From positions 334,426 to 398,425 of the forward strand of contig JBAYGT010000001.1 in the NCBI GenBank assembly GCA_041666525.1: a DNA stretch of 64,000 nt, written 5' to 3'. This stretch comes from Negativicutes bacterium. GTDB lineage: Bacteria > Bacillota > Negativicutes > JBAXTZ01. Shown piece by piece: positions 19,368 to 28,434 of the stretch (within the stretch, counting starts at the first letter, position 1; every line of letters begins with the position of its first letter). A program made the position numbers and the translations under genes. Under the pieces are notes generated by a model that saw only the letters and a program-made list of their open reading frames with translations, was not told the origin of the DNA and made no database searches.

Positions 19368-20486
19368 TCAACCAAGAACCAGTTTGAAGATTACACCCAA
19401 ACTTTTTGCCAGCATCGTACCCAGCATCGCCACCATCAGTACATAAGCCGCATACATAAATAGTAACCGTGCCGCAACCGAACTGGCCGCACAGCCGGTT
19501 CCACGAATATGATAACTGATTGCCCGAGTCGGGCAACTATCGGCGCATTTACCACACTTGGCGCATTCAAGACGAATTTTTCCCGCCTGCAAACTTTCGT
19601 CATCAATCGCATGCAACGGACAAACCATAATACATTTTTTGCATTTAATGCATTTGTTCGTATCAATACTTACGCTGAAAATATTCACCCGGTTGGACAA
19701 CGCCAACAACGTCGGGCCAAGCGGGCAGAAAAACGAACACTGGGCACGTTTTTTCGATAAAAACGGCAAAACAGCAATGAAAATCACGAACATTGAAAAA
19801 AAGACCAACGCCTCGATCATATCCAGTGTCGTAGTCACCATCTTAAACTCGGTAACCGGTTTGAACGGACAGAGCCACTGGCAATATATCGGCGTCAATG
19901 TATAAGCCGAAACCAATGCGGTAAAAATCAAAATCGCCCAAGGCAACAACCGCCACAATTTATTCTCAAATCTGAACGACGGCTTCTTTTTGAGCTGCGC
20001 TACGCCCTCATCCCATCCGCCATAAAAACAGCCCCAGGCACACCAGCCACGACCAAGAACAATAACTGCGCAAATTAAAATCACGAGCATCGAGGCAATT
20101 GAGGCATACCCGCCGTACATATTGCCCGGGAAAGGAATTTCCTGTATTACTAATCCGGGAATAATCAACGCAGGTGATAATAAATGGCAAAACGGAACTT
20201 TGCACTCATAAACCGTAGACAGCGACAGCAACATGCTGCCACGTTCAATAATGTGTGAATAGATAAAACTCACCGGAAATAGAACTGCAGCCGAAATAAA
20301 TAACATCGCCCGATATTTCCAGGTTTTTCCAGTTCGCAACATCATAAAAAATAAGTAATTTACAAACAAAAACACCAAAAATGATGCCACCCCGTTATAT
20401 GTTTTGAAATTGCCGCCATGCAGCAAAAACATTGCCGAGATAAGCAATATCGGTAACTGTGCCAGCAATGATTTCCAGAGTTTCAT
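19368..20486 (-). CDS. NapH/MauN-like integral-membrane polyferredoxin (4Fe-4S binding protein)
   Basis: 372 aa with membrane CxxxCP motifs (WCAWGCFYG, CQWLCPFKP, CSFFCPLGP) and two ferredoxin motifs (CIKCKKCIMVCP, CAKCGKCADSCP). Confidence 0.7.
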   Translation of the reverse strand: MKLWKSLLAQLPILLISAMFLLHGGNFKTYNGVASFLVFLFVNYLFFMMLRTGKTWKYRAMLFISAAVLFPVSFIYSHIIERGSMLLSLSTVYECKVPFCHLLSPALIIPGLVIQEIPFPGNMYGGYASIASMLVILICAVIVLGRGWCAWGCFYGGWDEGVAQLKKKPSFRFENKLWRLLPWAILIFTALVSAYTLTPIYCQWLCPFKPVTEFKMVTTTLDMIEALVFFSMFVIFIAVLPFLSKKRAQCSFFCPLGPTLLALSNRVNIFSVSIDTNKCIKCKKCIMVCPLHAIDDESLQAGKIRLECAKCGKCADSCPTRAISYHIRGTGCAASSVAARLLFMYAAYVLMVAMLGTMLAKSLGVIFKLVLG

Positions 20487-20511
20487 ACTACCTCCAGATT
20501 TTTAAAAACAT

Positions 20512-21594
20512 TTATGAAAAAATCAGTGACTTGCCCAATCCGCCCTCGGCAAAATATTTTCCGTGCAATTCGCAGCACGAAAACTGCTGCGCAAGCGCAT
20601 CGATTAATCTAAATAACCGTGCAGCATTTTCTTTGCCGTTTTCCGTTGAAATAACAATACCGGCGGCAGCGTCACCAGCCGGCAATGTTACCGATGTCAT
20701 ATCGAGCATATTGGCAATCTTAACCAAATATTTTCCGCTTTTATTTTGAAGTGCGCGAGCCGCCGGGCCGGTTAATCCAAAAACCGAATCACCAAAGCCC
20801 AAGACATCAACCGGACCTTCAAAAGTCATAACTGTATCGAAGTCGTGCAATATTTTTTGCATCGCGGTAATTGAATGGCTACGATCAGCAAAATCCGGAA
20901 ATTCGATTTCGACGCACTTAACTCCAAGCGATTGGAGGCTCTCAATAACCGGCTGTAGACGGTCACACATATCTGAACCATCAGGAAGTATTATATTGGC
21001 TTTGGCTGGTACAGCAATTTTAATCGGTAACTTTGTTTCATTGTCATTAAGTTCTAATATAGACAACGCCGCGCAGATAACTTTCCACTCCCGCGCAATT
21101 ATTCCGACTGACGAAGAAAACGAGATTCCATCAGTTGATCGATTACATGAATTGCTTTTGTAGCCGCATCCGGCCAGTAACACACTAAACAAATTACACG
21201 CCAAAGCCGGCGCCAACACCGAGCCACCGCCATCAGTGCCAAGCGCAATATCATTAATTCCTAACAAAACATTAACTGCTGAACCGCTGGACGAGCCAGT
21301 CATCGGTCGCCCGGTGAGCGGATTGAGTAAATCAACATCAATCGCCCGTCCGCCGCTAGCCGATTTATCAAGCGTATGCCAGATAAAGCTTCCGCCACAT
21401 AACCGTTCAATCAAATCGCGCGGCATTACCGCGGTATCTTTCACGCCCAACAAATACGGACGCACCCCGCCTTCCAGAACTTTTGCTGCTAATTCCAGAG
21501 TTTGCGGGTTATTTGTGAGGACTGATTTTCTTGAATTTTTTTCTGCCTTCAGCGCTGCTTTGGCTATTTTTTCAAATATTTTTATTGAATTCAT
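20512..21594 (-). CDS. Amidase-signature family protein (compact, 360 aa)
   Basis: Contains GVKD (catalytic Lys context), GSSSGSAVNV and GTDGGGSVLAPA, which together form the Ser-cisSer-Lys amidase signature. Its start overlaps the yhfU-like stop (TAATG). Confidence 0.7.
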   Translation of the reverse strand: MNSIKIFEKIAKAALKAEKNSRKSVLTNNPQTLELAAKVLEGGVRPYLLGVKDTAVMPRDLIERLCGGSFIWHTLDKSASGGRAIDVDLLNPLTGRPMTGSSSGSAVNVLLGINDIALGTDGGGSVLAPALACNLFSVLLAGCGYKSNSCNRSTDGISFSSSVGIIAREWKVICAALSILELNDNETKLPIKIAVPAKANIILPDGSDMCDRLQPVIESLQSLGVKCVEIEFPDFADRSHSITAMQKILHDFDTVMTFEGPVDVLGFGDSVFGLTGPAARALQNKSGKYLVKIANMLDMTSVTLPAGDAAAGIVISTENGKENAARLFRLIDALAQQFSCCELHGKYFAEGGLGKSLIFS

Positions 21595-21956
21595 TATCCG
21601 TTCACAATTTTATTAATAATAATCGGCAGCACTTTATCGGTGTGTTCAGCGGTAAATCCAAACGCTTTTTTTCCTGCTGTCACTTCGGCAATAATCTGCT
21701 CGTCCGACTTTATACTTCCCGGCATCGAAACTGTTACGCACTGCCCCATACCCAGCAACGCAATCGCCATCGCCAAAGCGCCACCGCCGCCGGTATTGCA
21801 GGCACCGACATAATAATCGGCCTGCCCGGTTTTGATCAGCATCGCAGCTTCAATATCGCTCTTTATTTCAACAGATACTTTATCGCCGCCCAACTCCTTG
21901 ACTTTATTAGCAATCTCCTGCTTGTTCATTTGGCCGCCTATTACAAATTTAATCAT
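21594..21956 (-). CDS. yhfU: DUF2620 protein (E. coli YhfU-like)
   Basis: 120 aa. The segment GQADYYVGACNTGGGGALAMAIALLG parallels E. coli YhfU GQLDYYIGACNTGAGAALSIAIAVIG. Confidence 0.8.
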   Translation of the reverse strand: MIKFVIGGQMNKQEIANKVKELGGDKVSVEIKSDIEAAMLIKTGQADYYVGACNTGGGGALAMAIALLGMGQCVTVSMPGSIKSDEQIIAEVTAGKKAFGFTAEHTDKVLPIIINKIVNG

Positions 21957-21983
21957 TTAATCCTCCAATATTTTTTTGCAATA

Positions 21984-22535
21984 TCAATTATATCTTATTT
22001 TGTTAACAACATCCCAAGTCAATTTTACCCGCACATCACACAGCTTATAAAGTTCCTCGTGCGGAGGATTGGTACTACCGTAAATAAGCGTTACGTGTAC
22101 TCCTTCATCTTTGGCAATCTGCACCGACGGAATCATGTCACTGTCACCGGTCAAGATTACTGCATGAGTAATTTTCCCCTTCATCGCCAACTTCGCCAGA
22201 TCCAGCGCAAATAATACATCCACGCGTTTTTGCATATAGATCGGTTTATTTTTGGCGCTGTAGCCACGACGTTCCAGCCGACCAAGACAAACGGAAAAGT
22301 TCGATAATTCGCTCAATCCGGCGACAAACTCATCAAATTTTTGCGTAAGCTTATCGCTCTGCGGGGAATGGTCATTATATGGCGGGCAGTGGTAATAACA
22401 GGTGCGCAGAACATTTTTACCATCCGCCATATAGTTTGCCAATTTAGCATAATCAATCGGCACATTACCAAATTCATCCTTAACCACCGCATCAAGATAA
22501 CCGCCATCGATAAAGCTCGCTACTTGTAAATCCAT
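21984..22535 (-). CDS. NYN-domain (LabA/DUF88-like) predicted ribonuclease
   Basis: 183 aa with the conserved acidic motifs FIDGGY, RVDVLFALD and LTGDSDMIP. Confidence 0.7.
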   Translation of the reverse strand: MDLQVASFIDGGYLDAVVKDEFGNVPIDYAKLANYMADGKNVLRTCYYHCPPYNDHSPQSDKLTQKFDEFVAGLSELSNFSVCLGRLERRGYSAKNKPIYMQKRVDVLFALDLAKLAMKGKITHAVILTGDSDMIPSVQIAKDEGVHVTLIYGSTNPPHEELYKLCDVRVKLTWDVVNKIRYN

Positions 22536-22545
22536 TCTGTCTCCT

Positions 22546-23841
22546 TCACTTCACCGCTGGCGCAAATAAATGCAGCCAGGCCAGAATATTAACAATAATT
22601 CCGGTTGCAATCGCGGCGATCGGCCCGACTGCCATTTTTATCAGCGGCCGCTTGGAAACTTCGTTTAAGCAATAAGCTCCGGCAACAATTAGAAACCCCA
22701 TCCCCGGAAACATTTTATTTGCCGCCATCATTGAACCGACCAGCAATGCCAACTCCAACACTTTAGTCATCGCGGCACGCATATTGTCGGCTGATTTTTT
22801 TAAACCAGGAAAACGGTCAAAAACATTAGCAAACAACACTAAACTGGAAGCCTCCAACACAATAACTATTGCTCCGGTAATAGCAGCTACCAACAAATTA
22901 GGCGACAACAATCCGGCGGTAACAACAAAACCAAAGCCATCAGTTACCCAAACCCCGGTTGCCAAACTAGTCATCCCTTTTAGGGGAATATAAGAAAAAC
23001 CGCTGATTACTGACAAATTTACTGCATCCGTCATCTGATTTTTCGCCAACGCCAATAGCGTCAAGTTCGAACCAACTAACAAATGAATATGTGCTGCCAT
23101 ACCATAGACCGCACCAACCAGCGCAATATACGGCAAATTCTTTTTGATGTTTTTTACCCGGTCACCAAACAACGACGCCATATTTATTGATACTGTGTTT
23201 TTTTCTTGCATCGCAAAAAATAATAACATCACGAATCCCGCGAGCAACGCACATCCGTCAGCACTACTATACCAAGCGCTGATTGCAATCAGTTGCCGAA
23301 CCACCACGGTAACCATCAGCGCGGCGGCGCCTTTTTTGAAACCGTATTCCATGGCAATTGCCAGCGCCGGAAACGCAGCAAAGGCAAATAGCACCGGATC
23401 GCCCAAAATGCTCAATCCATCAAAAACATTGACCGGTAACTGCTGCATGGCATCAACAAACCACTGCAATCCTGCAAGCAAACCGATGCCGTAAATTCCG
23501 CCGGCCACGGCAGCGCCCGCAAATCCCAAAGTGTTTTTGCGATCCGTGTACCATTTTTTGTCCCAGTCTGCCGGAAAAAACACACCGATAATATCCGTAC
23601 CCAGCCACAGACAATGTACTAAAATAATCGGCGACATCAATGAAAACGGAATACCAAACCCGATTATCAAACCAAAACTTAACGCAAAAGTCGTCGCCGC
23701 CAATTCGGCTCGGCTCATCCGTTTTTCACGATACTCCGGCATAATCGGACGCACCGCATCATTAAAAACCGCAATGCCGCGGTTAGCTAACACCGCTCCA
23801 AGCGCACCGGCTAAAAACATCAAAGTATATTTTAACAGCAT
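22546..23841 (-). CDS. yhfT: YhfT-like polytopic membrane (putative transport) protein, paralog 2
   Basis: The N-terminus LANRGIAVFNDAVRPIMPEY matches the YhfT family and the paralog at 28435-29727. Start set to the ATG at 23841 (GGAG upstream). Overlaps the yhfW-like stop within ATGCTGTTAA. Confidence 0.8.
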   Translation of the reverse strand: MLLKYTLMFLAGALGAVLANRGIAVFNDAVRPIMPEYREKRMSRAELAATTFALSFGLIIGFGIPFSLMSPIILVHCLWLGTDIIGVFFPADWDKKWYTDRKNTLGFAGAAVAGGIYGIGLLAGLQWFVDAMQQLPVNVFDGLSILGDPVLFAFAAFPALAIAMEYGFKKGAAALMVTVVVRQLIAISAWYSSADGCALLAGFVMLLFFAMQEKNTVSINMASLFGDRVKNIKKNLPYIALVGAVYGMAAHIHLLVGSNLTLLALAKNQMTDAVNLSVISGFSYIPLKGMTSLATGVWVTDGFGFVVTAGLLSPNLLVAAITGAIVIVLEASSLVLFANVFDRFPGLKKSADNMRAAMTKVLELALLVGSMMAANKMFPGMGFLIVAGAYCLNEVSKRPLIKMAVGPIAAIATGIIVNILAWLHLFAPAVK

Positions 23842-25073
23842 AAAATCTCCTTCAAAAACGACTCCCCGTTCTCGCATTTTGTTGTGTCAAAAAAACTGCA
23901 CACCGTTTGGCCAATATCAGACAAAGTTTTTCGCTCGCCGATGAAACCAGCACGAACTTTCTTGCCAAATACCAGCAACGGCGTATTTTCTCGGGTGTGT
24001 TGACTGTGACCGATGGTCGGATCGTTGCCATGATCAGCAGTCACCAATAAAACATCGTCCTCATTAAGCAAAGCTATGATTTTTTTGATATAAATATCAC
24101 TGATTAGCAGTTTTTCAGCATAAATTTTCGCCGATTGCAAATGTCCGGCAATATCGGTTTCCTGGACATTGATGCAGACAAAAGCGTTTTCACTGTTCTT
24201 AATGCATTGCAGCGCTTGCTCCAATGTTTCGGCGGTATCAACTACCGAATAACTCTCTCCGTCCGGATTCTCCACAATATCGGCTACCTTGCCGACCAAT
24301 ATCGTTTTTACGCCAACAGCAGCAAGCTGTTTGGGGACTTGCACCGCCGCGTTTATCCCATAACCCAGATGCTGCACTAAATAGCCGGTATCATATACGC
24401 CGGAAAGCGGCGCGTTGATACCAATGTAATTCTCTTCTTTGATTTCCGCAGCAGCAAGTATCGCTGACGGTTCAACAGCTTCACCGCCAAAAGCAATCAC
24501 TCGTGATACATCGGCAATTTCACGAACTATTTTTCCAATTGCCAATACTTCTGCAAATGTAATTTTATCAAATGTTGCGGTAATATTATAGGCGCTACCG
24601 CAATCGGCCTCGATATTATCGGCGATTGTAACACAGCCATTCACCAGCAGATATTTCAACTGTTCACCAATAATATCTACCTGATATCCCGATTTAATCA
24701 ACATTTCGCGAACTCTCGGCAAAATTTCGGAAAACGGCCGCTTATGCGGTTTTTTCGGCAGCGTTCCCATTATTTCCTGATGTCCATAAAACGTATCCGC
24801 ACCAAAATGCATCAGCGCACTTTTACCCCAACAGACATCGCTTTGCTTTCGCAAATATGGCACATCTACACCAACAGCATTGGCAAGCCCTAGCGCTTCC
24901 AAGTTCGGCAACCGGAGTTCAGGAATTTCCTCAAAGATATGTAAGCAAGTATGGGCAGCAACATCTTGCGGCCGAACCAGCGCTGCGTCAACTGTTGCAC
25001 CGATACCATAACCATCAAGAATTAAAACGATGAAACGCTTTCGTATTTCCAAATCTGAAATCTGTTTCGACAC
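23832..25073 (-). CDS. yhfW: YhfW-like phosphopentomutase/alkaline-phosphatase-superfamily metalloenzyme
   Basis: 413 aa with a GTG start and RBS AAGGAG. Has LDGYGIG near the N-terminus and TADHGNDPT near the C-terminus, both typical of phosphopentomutase-type metalloenzymes. Confidence 0.75.
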   Translation of the reverse strand: MSKQISDLEIRKRFIVLILDGYGIGATVDAALVRPQDVAAHTCLHIFEEIPELRLPNLEALGLANAVGVDVPYLRKQSDVCWGKSALMHFGADTFYGHQEIMGTLPKKPHKRPFSEILPRVREMLIKSGYQVDIIGEQLKYLLVNGCVTIADNIEADCGSAYNITATFDKITFAEVLAIGKIVREIADVSRVIAFGGEAVEPSAILAAAEIKEENYIGINAPLSGVYDTGYLVQHLGYGINAAVQVPKQLAAVGVKTILVGKVADIVENPDGESYSVVDTAETLEQALQCIKNSENAFVCINVQETDIAGHLQSAKIYAEKLLISDIYIKKIIALLNEDDVLLVTADHGNDPTIGHSQHTRENTPLLVFGKKVRAGFIGERKTLSDIGQTVCSFFDTTKCENGESFLKEILCC

Positions 25074-25116
25074 TCTATCTCCTTTGAAACTTTGCGACTA
25101 CAAAGCTTTGTTGCTA

Positions 25117-26268
25117 TTATCGCAACCATCGTCCTTGTGCATCATATACGCCAATGATCCGTGGCGCACCTGACTGAATTCCTTCAACAACTGCAACTTC
25201 GCTACGGGTAACAAAAACCTGCGTGCGAAAACAAAACACTATCGGAGTACCGACGCTACACCGTCCGTCAAGCGGAAAATAATAGTCTATCGAACCATCA
25301 TCAATTTTCCCTGTACCGATAACTTCATACTCGCCATCCGATTTTTTGGCAATAGCATTACACATATTGGACCGGCGGTAATAACCACCGCCATAACATA
25401 GCGATCGCCCGAGATAATTGTGTGATACTTCACTTATATATAGCATGGCAATGCGTTCCGGTTGTGCACCGGTTGCGTGCAACGGCGTTGTTCCTGTAAG
25501 CGCGTGCCCCGGTTCGCCATGGGTACTGCCGCACTCTTTGAGTAATGGCATCGCCGCAATACAAGTAGCCGAAGGAGTGTTGATTTGGTTTATGGCAACA
25601 CCATTCCTGCGCAAAACATACGCTGCTGTTTTTAATGTATCCATATTGTTCGTAGCCTTGATTTTTTCATCGCTAAATAGAAAACAGGGAAAAGCAGTAA
25701 TCCCTTCTACAACAACGTTGCTCAACGCGTTTATCTGTTCAGCGACTGTTGTCGCGATAGTCAGTGGCAGACCGCCTTCTTGTCCCGGATAAATTACATC
25801 ACCGGTCTCGATAATTTTCAACAATAACTTTTGCGTCATTCCCAATTTTTTGGCTACTAAATTAACTTGCTCTGCCATATCCAGCGAATAGACGGTCAGC
25901 ACTTCCGGTCTGTGCATAAGAATTCTTTCCAATACTGTAAACGGCGTTTGTACCAGATGACCGACATGGCCAAGCCGTACGCCATTTTCCGCAAGCGTCA
26001 ATGCCTCGCGCCAATCAACAGCAACAGCGCCGCAATAACCTAATTCATCCAGCTTGCGGGCAATATCGGGATTACGTCCGAATTGCTTAGTCATGTAATA
26101 CAATGAAATAGCAAATTTGTCCGCTTCATCCTTTATCAATCGCGCGTTTTCCAGCAACATATCTAAATCAATAAGATATGTATCCGGTTGCAACTCGCCT
26201 GTAGCGTATAAATCAAATGCTGCCTCAATAAATCGCGGATTGTTTTTTCGCAAAGCTTCTATAAACAT
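25117..26268 (-). CDS. yhfX: YhfX-like alanine-racemase-fold (fold-type III PLP) protein
   Basis: 383 aa. Resembles E. coli YhfX in length and in position within the cluster. Has an N-terminal TIM-barrel-like region with a conserved Lys context (YYMTKQFGRNP). Confidence 0.65.
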   Translation of the reverse strand: MFIEALRKNNPRFIEAAFDLYATGELQPDTYLIDLDMLLENARLIKDEADKFAISLYYMTKQFGRNPDIARKLDELGYCGAVAVDWREALTLAENGVRLGHVGHLVQTPFTVLERILMHRPEVLTVYSLDMAEQVNLVAKKLGMTQKLLLKIIETGDVIYPGQEGGLPLTIATTVAEQINALSNVVVEGITAFPCFLFSDEKIKATNNMDTLKTAAYVLRRNGVAINQINTPSATCIAAMPLLKECGSTHGEPGHALTGTTPLHATGAQPERIAMLYISEVSHNYLGRSLCYGGGYYRRSNMCNAIAKKSDGEYEVIGTGKIDDGSIDYYFPLDGRCSVGTPIVFCFRTQVFVTRSEVAVVEGIQSGAPRIIGVYDAQGRWLR

Positions 26269-26301
26269 AACCTCTCCATTGAACCATCTTTGCCTGACTA
26301 C

Positions 26302-27390
26302 TTATATATCAATTTGAATCGCCTGTGCCAAAATTCTTAACACAGTATCTGCTCCGCTCCGCATCGGATTAATCCTGATCAACCGGCTGTCAGCATCGGG
26401 AATACTGGCGCGAAAGGTACCGGACACGCGGTAAAACATCGGTGTGATTTCATAACGTGACTCAGCGCCAACCGGATGGGGCGCCGCCCCTAGTTTTTCG
26501 GCATTTTCTATAACTGAGGGCGCATTTGGCTCGGAAAGTTCAACAATTATCACTCGAGATTGCGCATTTGCAATAAAAGCCCGTTTGACACCGCGCACCT
26601 CACCAGCATTCAACCGTCGGATCACTTCTGTACCGACTTCGGCCTGAATTGCCAACGCGACCGGCGTGTAAACCAGACTGCGTAATGCATCCATAGCTTC
26701 ATGGCCCTGTACCTGTCCGCCACCGGAATAATTCGCTTTAGTTATTCTTTCGATATAACATCGTTTTCCAAGAACACAACCAATTCCTTCCGGACCAAGT
26801 AATTTAAACAACGAGAACGCCGACAAATCAGCGCCACACTGTACGCCAATTTTGTCAGTCTTCATTACCACATAGTTGTCGTCGGTAATTATCGGAATAT
26901 TTTTCCCGGCAATAATTGCAATCACGTCAGCGATTGTATAATGATCGTCGATTTTTTGCCGTGAATATTGTATCAGCGCACAATCTGCAGAAACAGCACC
27001 AAGCGTTTTAATTAAAGTTGATTCGCTATTATAATCCGATACGATTGTTTTTAGCGCCATACTTTCAACTATTGTTTTGGTAGTCGGGTATATAGGTGCA
27101 TCGTGTAACAATATCGAACCATTTGGTTTCACCAAGCTCCACAAACCCCAACGAATTGCCGCCGTACCGGCGCCACGCACTAATACACAGGCTTCGCAAT
27201 CAAAAAAATCCGCCAATACCGCTTCAACTTTTGCAGTATAAGACGGTTTGTTAAATCCGCTAACCAACCCGACGTCGCCACAGCTCAAAAACTCCGCGCC
27301 CCCGAAATGCGCGGTGATTTTGTCCACCAGTTTAAACTGCAATCGCATGGCTTGATCTATAGTCAACGGAACAAGTGGAAATGTCTGCAT
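26302..27390 (-). CDS. yhfS: YhfS-like fold-type I PLP-dependent enzyme
   Basis: 362 aa. MQTFPL...LVRGAGTAAIRWGL...DDNYVVMK...FKLLGPEGIG...PVGAESRYEI...FYRVSGTF is closely colinear with E. coli YhfS. Confidence 0.8.
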   Translation of the reverse strand: MQTFPLVPLTIDQAMRLQFKLVDKITAHFGGAEFLSCGDVGLVSGFNKPSYTAKVEAVLADFFDCEACVLVRGAGTAAIRWGLWSLVKPNGSILLHDAPIYPTTKTIVESMALKTIVSDYNSESTLIKTLGAVSADCALIQYSRQKIDDHYTIADVIAIIAGKNIPIITDDNYVVMKTDKIGVQCGADLSAFSLFKLLGPEGIGCVLGKRCYIERITKANYSGGGQVQGHEAMDALRSLVYTPVALAIQAEVGTEVIRRLNAGEVRGVKRAFIANAQSRVIIVELSEPNAPSVIENAEKLGAAPHPVGAESRYEITPMFYRVSGTFRASIPDADSRLIRINPMRSGADTVLRILAQAIQIDI

Positions 27391-27429
27391 AATTCAACTC
27401 CAAATTGAAACTAAATTTGAGCTATTATT

Positions 27430-28413
27430 TTAGGACAACAGCCGGTTGGGATTGTCAATCAGCATCGTATCAATATCTTTTTGTACAATTTCTGCTGCTA
27501 ATAGCATCGGAACAAAAGTGCCTAACAAATAACCATATCCAATTCCGCCATTAACTGTAAAATGTGACTTTCGGGTAATATCTAACGACATAATCACCTG
27601 ATTACTAAAGCCTCGCTGGCATATTTCTTTTAGAAATTCTACACGCTTGCTGTCTGGCAAATATTTGTTTTTGCCAATGGTGTCAAAGCCAAGCGTAACT
27701 CCTCTATCCAACATTTTCATAACATATTCCAAATCGCCACACAAATCAGCGTGGCCGATAACGATCCGATCTCGCTCGACACCAAGACTTGTCAGCAAAT
27801 CAATCTGCTCAAGCCCTAGTTTTCCAAGTGTAGTATGCGTCGAAATTGTCGCGCCATTTTCGCAATGCGCTCGCGCCGCTGCGCGAAATACTTTGGTTTC
27901 AAAAACAGTGATATAATCGGCCCCGGAGCCGATCTCGCCGATGATTTGAGCTTTGTATTCAGTGTCGTCAATTCCTACTTCGAGTTCCTTACGCATTTGT
28001 GCGGCTAGCTGCTTTTCGCTCAGCCGATACACATCCACCGGAAAAAACGGCTCTTTGTAATAGCCGGTTGCTAAAACAACATTCATACCCGTTTCTTTTA
28101 CAACCCGTTCAATATAGGACACATTACGCCCCATGCCGCTGTTGGTCAAATCCACAATGCGTTGTACCCCTTGGTTCTTCAATCGGACAAACTCAACTAC
28201 TGTATCAAGAAAACAATTCAGACAACAATCATCGTCGTGCTTAACCCCCGACAAATCAACTGTAACGTGTTCATGCATAAGGGTTATCCCGCTGAACGCA
28301 AGTTTTGAATTTTTAATTTTCAATTCCGAATTATCCGAAGATAACTTAACTGTTTTACTTTTTGACAATTTTCTATTTCCTGGCAACTTTTTCTCCTTTG
28401 CGATTCTCTGCAA
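27430..28413 (-). CDS. php: Phosphotriesterase-homology protein (Php/YhfV, amidohydrolase superfamily)
   Basis: HEH metal motif (LMHEHVTVDLSG), plus GEIGSG, STHT, IGHADL, FDTIGK and SLDITRKSH, colinear with E. coli Php. The start is uncertain: TTG at 28413, or TTG at 28386 preceded by AAGGAG. Confidence 0.85.
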   Translation of the reverse strand: MQRIAKEKKLPGNRKLSKSKTVKLSSDNSELKIKNSKLAFSGITLMHEHVTVDLSGVKHDDDCCLNCFLDTVVEFVRLKNQGVQRIVDLTNSGMGRNVSYIERVVKETGMNVVLATGYYKEPFFPVDVYRLSEKQLAAQMRKELEVGIDDTEYKAQIIGEIGSGADYITVFETKVFRAAARAHCENGATISTHTTLGKLGLEQIDLLTSLGVERDRIVIGHADLCGDLEYVMKMLDRGVTLGFDTIGKNKYLPDSKRVEFLKEICQRGFSNQVIMSLDITRKSHFTVNGGIGYGYLLGTFVPMLLAAEIVQKDIDTMLIDNPNRLLS

Positions 28414-28434
28414 TCAGAGTACTCGACTGTTTGA

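Noticed and set aside
21531-22214. A 227-aa plus-strand ORF. Similar long antisense ORFs occur at 40218-40916, 52665-53330, 59774-60367 and 7564-8037.
   Set aside because: Each is antisense to a confidently identified gene (yhfU/NYN, iolB/iolD, mccB, GH13-GH77, TPR). The translations look like reverse-frame artefacts: no recognisable motifs, biased composition and no RBS.
25068-25074. Other TGTCGAA (Spo0A-box-like) heptamers, for example at the yhfW-like start codon and inside the grpE, lepA and SIMPL coding regions.
   Set aside because: A 7-mer is expected several times by chance in 64 kb on two strands. Only the two copies embedded in the sigma-H-like sites A and C are positionally meaningful.
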